Virus record (IMG/VR): IMGVR_UViG_3300009431_000002
Location: 96,001-160,000 of that record
Length of the DNA stretch: 64,000 nt
Reading direction: 5' to 3' (one strand)
Origin: a virus
Taxonomy: Duplodnaviria; Caudoviricetes
Positions within the stretch are counted from its first letter, which is position 1. Each line of letters begins with the position of its first letter. Shown in pieces: positions 35,060-44,339 of this stretch. Under the pieces are notes generated by a model, which was not told where the DNA came from, ran no database searches, and saw only the letters and a program-made list of their open reading frames with translations. The translations under genes and the position numbers were made by a program.

Positions 35060-36230
35060 CGGCCCCCTCCTTCTCCAGCAGGGTCTTGTAGCCGCGGGGC
35101 TGCATGCCTGCGTCGAGCGCCTTCTTGAACCTGCGGACGTGCTTGCAGTCGCTGCCCTTGTGCGACCGCTTGTAGTACCAGTCCGGGCACGTGCATCCGA
35201 CTCGACCCGAGGACATGAGCTTCAGGGTGTACCGCTTGGGTCCGACATCGGACTTGACCCGGCGGACGTGCTCGGCGCCCTGCATGCCCTCCATGGCCCG
35301 CACGTGCCTTTTTAGCTTCGAGTCGGCCTCGGGGTGCAGGAGGATGGCCTGGCGGAACCCCGGGGACCGCAGGGCGCGGCCCTTGTACTTCTTCCACGCG
35401 TCCTGCGTGGGCGCGGGATCCGTGACGAGCCTGTCGGCCTGCTGCAAGTGCTTGGGCTTCGGGATGGTCGGCGGCAGCGGGCCCTGCCGGGCCTCCTTGA
35501 CCGCCGACGTCTTCTCCGCCACGAACCGCAGATTCTGCGACCCGGGCGTCGGCACCCTGTGGTACCCGACCTTCCCGGTGGCCGGACTGTAGATCGCGTG
35601 CCACTCCCCTGCGCCGCCCGGCATCCTCGCCCCGTGGATGTCCACGCTGCTGGGCCACACCTCCGGGGACACGAGCCCGCGCACCACATCCCGCGCGCGG
35701 CGAGCGTGCCGAAGGTTGCCTGGGGTGGGCCGGTCGAGATCGACGCCAGCAGCGGCCATCAGCTCCTCGAACTCTGGGCTGAACGGCTCTGGTCGGAGTT
35801 CCTGCGCAAGGTCACGCTCGATCATGGCGGGGTCTGGCGGGTCGCCGGGGTGGCTGTGGGCCGTCGGGCGCGAGGGTCCCGTGCGGTTCGCGGAGACGGG
35901 CCGCAACGCCACCGTCCCACCATCGCCGTGGACTAGATGGCGCGAACGCCCGCGCACGCCCACCTCGCCTACCTCATCCGCGCTCGCAGCCGCCAGATCC
36001 TTCATCCTGGCGGTCGGCGCGGCAGTCGATGGGTGGTCGATCTTCCCCTTCCTGAGCATCTTGGCCAGCCAGCGCCAGTCGCCCTCGCCCACCGAAACAC
36101 CGGCCGCACGTGCCGTCCGCGCGAGGTCCTCCGTGCGCGCTGACGTCTTGGCCAACTCGACGAAGTTGGCGCCCAAAATCGACCCCAGGCTATGGGCGAT
36201 TTCTGGGCGGCTGGTCAGATCTGATTTCAT
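34980..36230 (-). CDS. SWIM zinc-finger protein with N-terminal tag
   Basis: GCTCPDW...DCKHV (CxC-xn-CxH); N-terminal ANFVELAKTSA; TGATG coupling to the Snf2 gene. Confidence 0.75.
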   Translation of the reverse strand: MKSDLTSRPEIAHSLGSILGANFVELAKTSARTEDLARTARAAGVSVGEGDWRWLAKMLRKGKIDHPSTAAPTARMKDLAAASADEVGEVGVRGRSRHLVHGDGGTVALRPVSANRTGPSRPTAHSHPGDPPDPAMIERDLAQELRPEPFSPEFEELMAAAGVDLDRPTPGNLRHARRARDVVRGLVSPEVWPSSVDIHGARMPGGAGEWHAIYSPATGKVGYHRVPTPGSQNLRFVAEKTSAVKEARQGPLPPTIPKPKHLQQADRLVTDPAPTQDAWKKYKGRALRSPGFRQAILLHPEADSKLKRHVRAMEGMQGAEHVRRVKSDVGPKRYTLKLMSSGRVGCTCPDWYYKRSHKGSDCKHVRRFKKALDAGMQPRGYKTLLEKEGAVSGFASELARLAPALDPACSALAGFH

Positions 36231-39073
36231 CAATGGCTCGGGATGTAGTGCTCGGTCTTCTGGACCTTCTCCTCGGTCACGGACAGCCCACGCAGCATGG
36301 CACGGAGCTGCTCGTCACCGAGTCGCGCCCGCTTGCGCGCGTGGGTCTTGGGCGTCGTGAAGTACGGGTCGCGCAGGCCCAGCAGCATCTCTGGCGTGAG
36401 CATCAACGCAGCGAGCCCTGTGCCGGCGGCGACGGCGCCCCCGATGCCCACCGCGGCCTGGGTGACCGAGCGGGACCGGGGCAGTAGGTCTTCGGCGAGC
36501 CCGATGCCCAGTGGAGCGAAGGCAGGGGCGCCAGACAGGCCGACCAGCGGCGTGGCGATGCCCAGGACCTTGGCCGTGTTCACCAGCCTGTCCTTGTCGG
36601 TCTTCATCCCCTTGGGCGCCGGCGTTCCGCGCGCGGCCGCGCGGTAGTACTGGCGCAGGGTGTCGATGAAGTACTGCTCGCGCGCCTGCTTCTTCTCGTT
36701 GCCCACGGCCTCGACGTACGGGTCGGCCATGTCCTCGATCTTGTCGCCGAACTCGTTCCAGTACGCCTCCATGATGGGCTGGTCGGACTTGACGAGGCTG
36801 CGGCCCTCCTGGAAGGGGATGCGCTTGGCTGCGGCCCGCAGCTTCTTCTTGTCCACCTTGGCCGCGGAGATCTTCTCCATCTCGTCGTCGAAGGCGGCCT
36901 GCATCACGGCGAGCTTGAGCAGGGAGTCCTCGGCGAGCTCACCGACGGCGTAGTCGAACTCGGACTCCACGCTGGCGGCCTTGGACTTGCCCTTCAACTG
37001 GTGGCGGAACGACTCGTTGAGCACGTCCTTGCGCTTGGCGACGTCGTACATCCACTCGTCGGGCGAGGTCTCCCGCTTGAACGGGTTGTACATGATCGGC
37101 GCGCCGGCGGTGGTCAGGCGGTCGAGGAAGCCTCCAGGGGAGATGAGCTTCAGCGTGTCCTTGGCGGTCTGCGTGGCCGAGCGGGGCACGACGCTGACGT
37201 ACCGGCGGATGACGACCTTGCGCTGCTCCGGCTCCCGGTGCGCGAGCCCGCCGGCGCGGACCGCGCGGGCCTCGGCCTGCTGGATCTTCTCGGGGTTGAA
37301 GTGGCCGTCGAGCGCCGCGAACATCGTGGCGTTCTTGAGGTCCAGCCCCTCGCCGCCGGCGGCAGAGATGACGAGGACCTTGTTCTTGCCCTTGTTGAAG
37401 TCGCGCACAGACCGTTGGCGCTTCTCCTCGGTCACCCCGGGCTGGCCCTTGCCCACGAAGGTGCCGAAGGGGATGCCGCGGTCCTTCAGCCCCGCGGACA
37501 CGACGTCGACCCCACCCTTGATCAAGTTCGAGTGGATGACGACCTGGCCGTCTTCGGTCTCGGCGAGGTGGTCCTCGACGTCGTCCAGCATCACCTTGAC
37601 CTTCGGCGTCTTCTGCGCCGACTCGGTGATGTCCATGTCGTTGTCGATGGTGTGGATCGAGTTCGAGACCTGCCGGGCCTGGATGATCTTGGCGAAGATG
37701 TTGTTGAGGTCCCGGCTCTTGAGCTGGCTGGCACCGAAGCGCAGCTTGATGGCCGTGACGGGGTCGAGCTTGTCCACCACGTAGCGGTAGAGCTCCTCCT
37801 GTCGCGGGCTCATCATCACCTTGACCTCTTCGACGACCTTGTCGGGCATGCGCTCGTCGTCCATGTCCTTGGTCTCGAAGTGGTCGACGAACGGGTTGAG
37901 CAGGGCGCGCACCATCCGCGGCCGCGCGATGGTCTTCTGCCCCTTCTTGTCCTCGCGGACGAAGCGTCGCTCGAAGTGGTTCTTGGTGCCCAGGCGGTGC
38001 TTGCCGCCGGTCATGGCGTCGACCAGCGGGACCATGTCGCCCGGGGTGTTGTTCATGATCGACCCAGTCAGGCCGATGAAGTTCTTGTGGTGCGGGCGCG
38101 CGTCCTTCAACGTCTTGTAGGTCGCGCCCTCCTCGTTGCGGATCCGGTGGAGCTCGTCGTAGATGACGGTGTCCGCGCCCGAGGCCTTGATGTACTTCTC
38201 CGGGTCCTTGCGGAACATCTCGTAGCTGACGACGTGGTAGCGGGCACCGTCGTCGGGGTCCTCGGCGGCCCTGGCAACGCCCTTGGCTACCTCCTGGCTG
38301 TTGCCGAAGATCGCACCGCGGGCGTTGGTGAACTTGCGGACCCCGTTGTCCAGGAAGTTGGCGCGCAGCGACGCCGGCGTCACGACCAGCGCGCGGCTGG
38401 CGTCCCCGGAGTCTCGCATCTTCTCGAACGAGGCGATGGCGGTGATGGTCTTGCCGGACCCCGTGCCGTGGGACAGGAGCAGGGAGCCACCGCGGTTCAT
38501 CACCTTGTCGACCGCAGCCCTCTGGTGCTCGAACAGCTCGACGTTGCGCTTCAGTCCCTTGGGCTCGAACCTCTGTTCCTTCTTGCGCTTCGCCACCTTC
38601 ACCGAGCTAGCCTTGGCCATGCCCGGCGCCGCCTCTCCCATCGTCTCCGCGGACCGCCCGACGACCCGGCCCAGGTGCTCCGGCAGCTTCCGCAGCTTGC
38701 CCTTCAGCAGCTGCTCCGCCTCCACCGAGCTGGGTGAGGGTGCGAGGCCGAGGAGCTTCGACGCGAGCATGTCTCCCTTGAGGGCACCGAGTCCCGCGAC
38801 CTCCGCTGTGCCAGGCACGGGCAGGGCTGCTGCTGCACCCATCGCCGCGGGGATGGTGGCGATGTTGTCGGTAGCGGCGCCGACCAGGACTCGCTGGGTC
38901 TCAGGGTTGAGCAGGTGGAATCGAGAGGTCCCCGGAACCTCCGTCAGCAGCACGCGCTGGAGAGCGTCGGACGCGCCGCCCGCAGCCTGCTCCACCGCCT
39001 GCCCGACGCGCGGCAGCCCGACGCGGCGGAGGAGTTCGCCTGTGATCTGCCCACGTGCCGCCGCCTTCTCCAT
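36230..39073 (-). CDS. SWI2/SNF2-family ATPase, 947 aa
   Basis: HGTGSGKT, VVTPASL, VSYE, YDELHR, LTGSIMNN, AGGEGLDL, QAEARAVRAG; flanked by K-x-A motifs and AAFDDEMEKIS. Confidence 0.9.
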   Translation of the reverse strand: MEKAAARGQITGELLRRVGLPRVGQAVEQAAGGASDALQRVLLTEVPGTSRFHLLNPETQRVLVGAATDNIATIPAAMGAAAALPVPGTAEVAGLGALKGDMLASKLLGLAPSPSSVEAEQLLKGKLRKLPEHLGRVVGRSAETMGEAAPGMAKASSVKVAKRKKEQRFEPKGLKRNVELFEHQRAAVDKVMNRGGSLLLSHGTGSGKTITAIASFEKMRDSGDASRALVVTPASLRANFLDNGVRKFTNARGAIFGNSQEVAKGVARAAEDPDDGARYHVVSYEMFRKDPEKYIKASGADTVIYDELHRIRNEEGATYKTLKDARPHHKNFIGLTGSIMNNTPGDMVPLVDAMTGGKHRLGTKNHFERRFVREDKKGQKTIARPRMVRALLNPFVDHFETKDMDDERMPDKVVEEVKVMMSPRQEELYRYVVDKLDPVTAIKLRFGASQLKSRDLNNIFAKIIQARQVSNSIHTIDNDMDITESAQKTPKVKVMLDDVEDHLAETEDGQVVIHSNLIKGGVDVVSAGLKDRGIPFGTFVGKGQPGVTEEKRQRSVRDFNKGKNKVLVISAAGGEGLDLKNATMFAALDGHFNPEKIQQAEARAVRAGGLAHREPEQRKVVIRRYVSVVPRSATQTAKDTLKLISPGGFLDRLTTAGAPIMYNPFKRETSPDEWMYDVAKRKDVLNESFRHQLKGKSKAASVESEFDYAVGELAEDSLLKLAVMQAAFDDEMEKISAAKVDKKKLRAAAKRIPFQEGRSLVKSDQPIMEAYWNEFGDKIEDMADPYVEAVGNEKKQAREQYFIDTLRQYYRAAARGTPAPKGMKTDKDRLVNTAKVLGIATPLVGLSGAPAFAPLGIGLAEDLLPRSRSVTQAAVGIGGAVAAGTGLAALMLTPEMLLGLRDPYFTTPKTHARKRARLGDEQLRAMLRGLSVTEEKVQKTEHYIPSH

Positions 39074-39074
39074 G

Positions 39075-40052
39075 TCAGTGCCCTTCCTGCCGGCTCACCG
39101 ATGGGTACAGGCCGCCGGTCTTGATGAGTCCCTCGGAGATCCGCTTGCCCCGCACGTCGCGGCGACGCAGCAGTCGTCGGAAGTCGTCGAACGACATCGT
39201 CGTCATCGACCCGAAGAACTTGGGGCTGTTGTAGTGCTTGAGGTACGCCCGCTTCGCCTCCTTGGCATTGCGGAACCCCAGCATGCACTTGTCCTCGTCG
39301 TACTCCTTGAAGCCGGGCTTCTTCATCTGGTGGACGATGTACACCACGTCGGAGTGGAGGTCTGGCCCGACGTACACGTCGACGGGGTCGCCGTCGGGGG
39401 CCATGGTCCGTCGGACCTCACCGTAGTGGTGCTGCATCTTCGTGCTGCCGGACTCGCCGGTGTTCTCGTCCTTCCAGTGCCGGCTGGAGCCGCGGCGGTT
39501 CTCGATGTAGATCTTCAACCCACGGAAGTCGATGGTCCCCTGGTAGGGCCACTCCTTCCTGTTCCGCTTCGGCGGCGGGCCCACCTTGGGCTTGACCTCC
39601 TTGGGGTCAGCGCCGTTGGCCTTGGCCACCTTCTCCAGCGCCGCGATGATGGCGAGCCCACTGGCCTTGTAGAAGTTGCCCTCGTTCACACCGACCGTCT
39701 CACTGTTCCGCGCGTCCTCCAAGCCCTTCAGCCCGTCCTTCGTCAGCTCGGGGCCGCCCTTGACCTTCAGGAACTCGTGCCCGTCGCCGTCGACACTGGT
39801 CTTGTAGGCGCGGCTGGCGCCGATCTGGCTGTTGTGCTCGACCGCTCGGAGCAGCCGGACCATCTTGGCGACGGTCTCCGGGTGGCCCTCGAGCTCCAGC
39901 TTCACCGAGGCGCGCGGCTGCTCACCGACCTTCTCCGGCAGCTTCTCGTCCGGTGTGTGCCTCTCCCACTTCTTGACGGTGCCCTTGGGCACACGACCAT
40001 CCGCCTCCATGGCGTGGAAGAGTCGTCGCTGTGCCTCGCTCTGGAATGGCAT
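39075..40052 (-). CDS. Protein with N-terminal MPFxSxAQ module and C-terminal inorganic pyrophosphatase-like (InPase) domain
   Basis: GLKIYIENRRGSSR...MQHHYGEVRRT.APDGDPVDVYVGP...VYIVHQ...YDEDKCMLGF...AKRAY matches the phage/polyvalent-protein InPase pattern. Confidence 0.75.
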   Translation of the reverse strand: MPFQSEAQRRLFHAMEADGRVPKGTVKKWERHTPDEKLPEKVGEQPRASVKLELEGHPETVAKMVRLLRAVEHNSQIGASRAYKTSVDGDGHEFLKVKGGPELTKDGLKGLEDARNSETVGVNEGNFYKASGLAIIAALEKVAKANGADPKEVKPKVGPPPKRNRKEWPYQGTIDFRGLKIYIENRRGSSRHWKDENTGESGSTKMQHHYGEVRRTMAPDGDPVDVYVGPDLHSDVVYIVHQMKKPGFKEYDEDKCMLGFRNAKEAKRAYLKHYNSPKFFGSMTTMSFDDFRRLLRRRDVRGKRISEGLIKTGGLYPSVSRQEGH

Positions 40053-40055
40053 CGT

Positions 40056-40865
40056 CTACCCCAGGTTCGGGCCGAACACCTTCCGCGGCCAGCTGCCCGT
40101 GCCTGTGGTGGGCAGCGGGGCCTGCGAGAACATGTTGAACGCCTTCATGGCAGCCGGCAGCGCGACCAGTGCGCCGCCGACCCGCCCCCACTTCGGCAGC
40201 CTGCTGGCGAGCTGGGCTGCCTCGTCCGCGGTCATCAGCCCCTTCTCCACCGACTTCTGCAGGGTGCCGGCGAGCATCTTCCCGCCACCGTGGCCGAGCA
40301 TCGACGCACCGCCGACGGTGCCCGCCATCCCAGCCAGCCCCCACGTCGGTCCGGCGGGGACCACCTGCACAGGCTGCTGGTACTGCATCGGGTAGGCCGC
40401 GGTCTTCTCGCCCGTGTAGTTGCGCAGCTTCTCGGACATCTCCGCGACGTGTGCTCGCTCCTCTTCCTCAGACATGCCGTGCGTGATGTAGATGCTGCCG
40501 ATCCCGCCGTCGCCCCGCCGCACAGACAGGATCTTCTTGTAGGGGGAGTAGTGGTCGCGGGTGCCTCCGGCACCGAGGGTCCGCCGCAGCGCGTTGATCA
40601 TCCCCGGCAGCTTCTCCGTATGCACCGGCTTCTTGACGTAGACGCCACCAGGCTCGAACGCGGAGTCTGGAATGGCCTTGCCCGTCCGCTCCTCCTCAGC
40701 CATCACGGCCTCGACAGCATCGAGGTCGTCCCACAATCCCTGACTGTCGGGAACATGCGTATTGAGGAGCTTGTACCCTTCCGGGGTCAGCGACCTCGGG
40801 TCGACGCGCTTCGGGCCGAACGCGGTCTTCACCAATCCGAAGGGCACGATGGGTCGCTCGGTCAT
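40056..40865 (-). CDS. Tagged glycine-zipper protein, 269 aa
   Basis: LVKTAF and EKTAA motifs; hydrophobic C-terminal segments; no Cys seen. Confidence 0.65.
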   Translation of the reverse strand: MTERPIVPFGLVKTAFGPKRVDPRSLTPEGYKLLNTHVPDSQGLWDDLDAVEAVMAEEERTGKAIPDSAFEPGGVYVKKPVHTEKLPGMINALRRTLGAGGTRDHYSPYKKILSVRRGDGGIGSIYITHGMSEEEERAHVAEMSEKLRNYTGEKTAAYPMQYQQPVQVVPAGPTWGLAGMAGTVGGASMLGHGGGKMLAGTLQKSVEKGLMTADEAAQLASRLPKWGRVGGALVALPAAMKAFNMFSQAPLPTTGTGSWPRKVFGPNLG

Positions 40866-41284
40866 GCTGCTGCTCCTCGGAGCCTGTGCGCCAGGCGCTC
40901 ACCGAACTCGGCGGTGAGCATCTCCAGCGCCTGGCCCTTGCGCTTGCCGTAGCCGGCGAGCTTCACGCCCCAGCTGTCGACCTCAGCGGTGTAGGTCCCG
41001 ACCGCCGCCTCGCTGGACCCGAGGATCTCGTCGAAGGTGGTGCCGATGGCCTCGCGCATCGCGGACTCCGGCGGCCACGGGAACGGGTCCACGCGGTAGA
41101 TGTGGTAGAGCAGGTCGTCGCCGGCGAACACCCACTGGATCCGGATGGGGCCGAAGTCCACCATCGGTGTGCGGTCGTGGGTACCCACGGCCTCCATCTT
41201 GAAGGACCGCTGGCCCCCGGCAATCTGGCCGAGCATCTCCTGCGCCCAGTCAGGCGTCCTCGTCAATGTCTTCGGACCCGTCAT
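40862..41284 (-). CDS. Hypothetical protein, about 140 aa
   Basis: ATG at 41284 after GGAGAGG; ATGA coupling to the next gene. Confidence 0.6.
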   Translation of the reverse strand: MTGPKTLTRTPDWAQEMLGQIAGGQRSFKMEAVGTHDRTPMVDFGPIRIQWVFAGDDLLYHIYRVDPFPWPPESAMREAIGTTFDEILGSSEAAVGTYTAEVDSWGVKLAGYGKRKGQALEMLTAEFGERLAHRLRGAAA

Positions 41285-42194
41285 CGTCCTCTCCCAAGGT
41301 GTCAGCGACATCCGCGGTGTCGCTGTACGTTCCTCCCGCCTCCGGGTCGGCCAGCTGATGCAGGGACACCGGCGGCTGTTTGTCATTCTGCACGCGCATC
41401 CGCTCGAAGTCCTTGAGCAGACGGCGCAGTTCATCCTCGCTCGTGGCCACGCGCTTGTCGATGGCCAATGCCGTGTTGGCCAGCCCGGTGAGCATCGTGA
41501 TCTTGTCCCGGCTCAACGACACTGTGTCGTCGACCGTCACGAAGTTGATGTACAGGCGACGCCGCATGTCCTGCAGCATCTCCTGCCCCTCGAGGCCGGC
41601 CCGCAGGCCCATGCGGTGGAGCGTGGCCTCTCGGCCAGACCGCAGCGCGACCTCGTGGTCCTCCTGCACCATCGGCGGCAGGTCCTGGGACAGGATGGTC
41701 TCGGACCACTCCTCCAGGCTCATGGCCCGGACGTTCCAGTAGTAGTGCGCGAACGACTGGACGCCGTCTGTGGTGATCCGTAGACCCTCTGCCCGACCCA
41801 CCTCGCGTGCGATGACGTGGAAGGGCACCTGCCCCAGCAGTCCGACCTCTACTCGCCGGCGGACCCGGAAGTCCAGGAGGATCGTGTTGGCCTCCTCGAC
41901 GGCGCGCGTCGGGTGGTGCAGCGAGAAGATGCGGTGCCGTCGCAGGTACCGTGCGGTCCGGATGTTCCTGCGGTCCCGGGGCAGGAAGGGGTTCGGGATG
42001 TCCTTGAGCAGCTGGGCACGGAGGCGGCTGACGTACTGCTCCTCGGCCTCGGGCAGCCGATACATCTCCAGGTGCGTCTTCACGAACTCGTAGCTGCACT
42101 TCTCCGGATGCCCCTGCGTCAGCAGGAAGAGGATGAACCGTTCGCTCGGATGAGCACGCTGCTCCCGAGCGGGTGGGAGCAGATCCATCGTCAT
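41250..42194 (-). CDS. Hypothetical protein, 314 aa (helical; possible packaging accessory/terminase small subunit)
   Basis: ATGA coupling; globular composition without the K-x-A signature. Functional guess is weak. Confidence 0.55.
   Translation of the reverse strand: MTMDLLPPAREQRAHPSERFILFLLTQGHPEKCSYEFVKTHLEMYRLPEAEEQYVSRLRAQLLKDIPNPFLPRDRRNIRTARYLRRHRIFSLHHPTRAVEEANTILLDFRVRRRVEVGLLGQVPFHVIAREVGRAEGLRITTDGVQSFAHYYWNVRAMSLEEWSETILSQDLPPMVQEDHEVALRSGREATLHRMGLRAGLEGQEMLQDMRRRLYINFVTVDDTVSLSRDKITMLTGLANTALAIDKRVATSEDELRRLLKDFERMRVQNDKQPPVSLHQLADPEAGGTYSDTADVADTLGEDDDGSEDIDEDA
41516..41530. repeat. Palindrome copy 5 (ACGACACTGTGTCGT)
   Basis: Inside 41250-42194 (VDDTVSL). Confidence 0.85.
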
Positions 42195-44335
42195 GCGTGT
42201 GACAGCAGCTTCAGCCCGTTGACCACCGACTCCAGAGAGAAGAGCGCCGTCCGCACCGACGACTCGTTGATGATCTTCTGGCCGATGCGGACGGCCAGCA
42301 GGAGGTCCGCGAGACGGTTCACGGAGTCCTCGAGGTACGGCATGTAGCTGACGAACACCGACATCGTCTCGGGCGACAGGAAGCCCAGCGACAGCACGGC
42401 GTCCACGGTGTCGGCGTCGCCGTCGGCGAGGTCACCGGCCTCCTTGACCAGCAGCACGGCCTTGGGCAGGTCCTTGATCCTCTCGGCCGCGGTCTTGACC
42501 GCCTCCTCGCGGACCTCGGACAGCGGGACGATGGGGCGGAGCCCACCGAGCTCAGCGTGTCCGACCTCCACCGACTCCGCCAGCTTCTCCTTGGCCACCC
42601 GCGGGTGGACACCGGCGCAGACCATGAGGAACTCGGCGCCAGCCCGGTCCACGAACTGGTAGTCCTGCTGCGCCAGCTTGTGGAAGGCGCGGCCCTTGAG
42701 GCTGTACTCGGGGCCGTGGCACATCAGCGTGCCCACCTGCGCGACACCGCGGGCCTCGGACTCCTTGTTGAATCCCTCCGGCGCGTCCACCAGCTTGGTC
42801 ATCTGTCCCTCGAGGGGGCAGAAGCGGTAGTGATCGGGCACCGCGAACAGGCCGTCGCCCAGGAACTGGATCTTCTGGATGTTGGGGGCGAACGAGAACC
42901 GGACGAACTCCCCGATGTCCGTGATGGCCTGGTACGCCTGCATCCCACCCTGCTGCTGGTCCAGCTGCACTTGGAAGGGCACCGTGGCCTTGGCGTTGCC
43001 GCCCTCCACGCAGTAGAGGAAGCCGTGCCCGCGCACGGGCCCGTGCGGGAGGTTGCCGCCCTTGCCGACGCGGATGCCGGCGACGCCGGGCTGCACCGAG
43101 AACTCCGAGCCGTTGGTGAACAGGCTCATCGGCACCAGGTCCTCGCCCATGCTGGGCTGGAACTGCATCAAGCCGGGGAACACCCAACCGATGAGGTGCC
43201 GGCCGTCGCAGGTGGCGACGCGCCACTCGCCGAACTCGTCGACCAGTCGGATCTCCTCGTCCTCGGAGTCCGGTTCCATCGCCGCGGCGTCGACGATGTC
43301 GGACTCGCCCGGGGCCAGATCGCCAGCGCCCGGCGCGATACCCTCGGCCTCGGCCGCCCCCATCTCCTGCTGTTGGGGAGCGAACGCCTCGGGGTTGGCC
43401 CACTTCGCCATCACCGTGCCGCTGGCGGTCTTGGTGAGCTGGACCACCGTGGGCTTGATGCCCGTGGCAAACTGGCTCCACATGTCGGCCGCGGCCACCT
43501 TGTCCAGCGTGCTGGCACCGGCGATGTACCCCAGCATCTCGGCCGCGGTCTCCGACGACCGGAAGGCGCGGCGCAGGGCGGGGTCGTCGGCGATGGCGGC
43601 GGCGACCTTCTCGACCGTGGCGGCGTCCATCGACGGCGCGAGCGCACGCAGCAAAGGCACGCCAGCCTTCTTCTCGTGCAGCTTCTTCTTGGCCTCGAGG
43701 GTGGAGTCCCAGGACTCGCCGGACGCCTCCTCCAGCTTCTTGAGCTGGTCCTCGTCGAACTTCTTGGCCAGGAAGCTGTCGACCACACCGGCGGCCTTCT
43801 CGACCCCCAGCATCTCGGCGAGCGCCTCCTCATGGGCGGAGCCGGTCACCGTCATGCCGCCGAAGTACCCGCCGTACTGGCCGCCGCCGAAGGGCGGGGC
43901 GAGGTCGCTGGCCATGTACTTCTGCGCCGGCGGCGTGCCGGGGCCGTCGAAGGTCTCGGCGCGGAACATGTGCTGACGGAAGCGAGCCTCCGTCAGCGGC
44001 CACGTCTTCTCCCCCTGCATGAACAGGTCGAACGGCGCCAGCTGGAACTTGTGGATCACGATGGGGATGCGGGAGTGCTTGACCGACTTCCCCAGCAGCT
44101 CCTCCCCCGGCGACCTGTCGGTCTTGTTCTTGACCTCGACGTAGCCGATGGCCGTGCCCTGCTCGGGCACCGAACGGGGGATGTTGACGGAGACGTCGTA
44201 CTCCGCCAGGAACGGAAGCTGGCGGTACGCCTCCTGCAGGAGCTGCGTCGGCCAGTGGTCGGCGTTGCTGACCATGCGGGCCGAGGAGACCATCGCGGTC
44301 TTGGTCTTGGGGGATTCGTCGAGGAAGAGGTCCAT
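42191..44335 (-). CDS. K-x-A-rich head-module protein, 714 aa
   Basis: TKTAM, EKAAG, KKAGV, EKVAA, DKVAA, TKTAS, HKLAQ, VKTAA, VKEAG. Confidence 0.7.
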   Translation of the reverse strand: MDLFLDESPKTKTAMVSSARMVSNADHWPTQLLQEAYRQLPFLAEYDVSVNIPRSVPEQGTAIGYVEVKNKTDRSPGEELLGKSVKHSRIPIVIHKFQLAPFDLFMQGEKTWPLTEARFRQHMFRAETFDGPGTPPAQKYMASDLAPPFGGGQYGGYFGGMTVTGSAHEEALAEMLGVEKAAGVVDSFLAKKFDEDQLKKLEEASGESWDSTLEAKKKLHEKKAGVPLLRALAPSMDAATVEKVAAAIADDPALRRAFRSSETAAEMLGYIAGASTLDKVAAADMWSQFATGIKPTVVQLTKTASGTVMAKWANPEAFAPQQQEMGAAEAEGIAPGAGDLAPGESDIVDAAAMEPDSEDEEIRLVDEFGEWRVATCDGRHLIGWVFPGLMQFQPSMGEDLVPMSLFTNGSEFSVQPGVAGIRVGKGGNLPHGPVRGHGFLYCVEGGNAKATVPFQVQLDQQQGGMQAYQAITDIGEFVRFSFAPNIQKIQFLGDGLFAVPDHYRFCPLEGQMTKLVDAPEGFNKESEARGVAQVGTLMCHGPEYSLKGRAFHKLAQQDYQFVDRAGAEFLMVCAGVHPRVAKEKLAESVEVGHAELGGLRPIVPLSEVREEAVKTAAERIKDLPKAVLLVKEAGDLADGDADTVDAVLSLGFLSPETMSVFVSYMPYLEDSVNRLADLLLAVRIGQKIINESSVRTALFSLESVVNGLKLLSHA

Positions 44336-44339
44336 TGGT

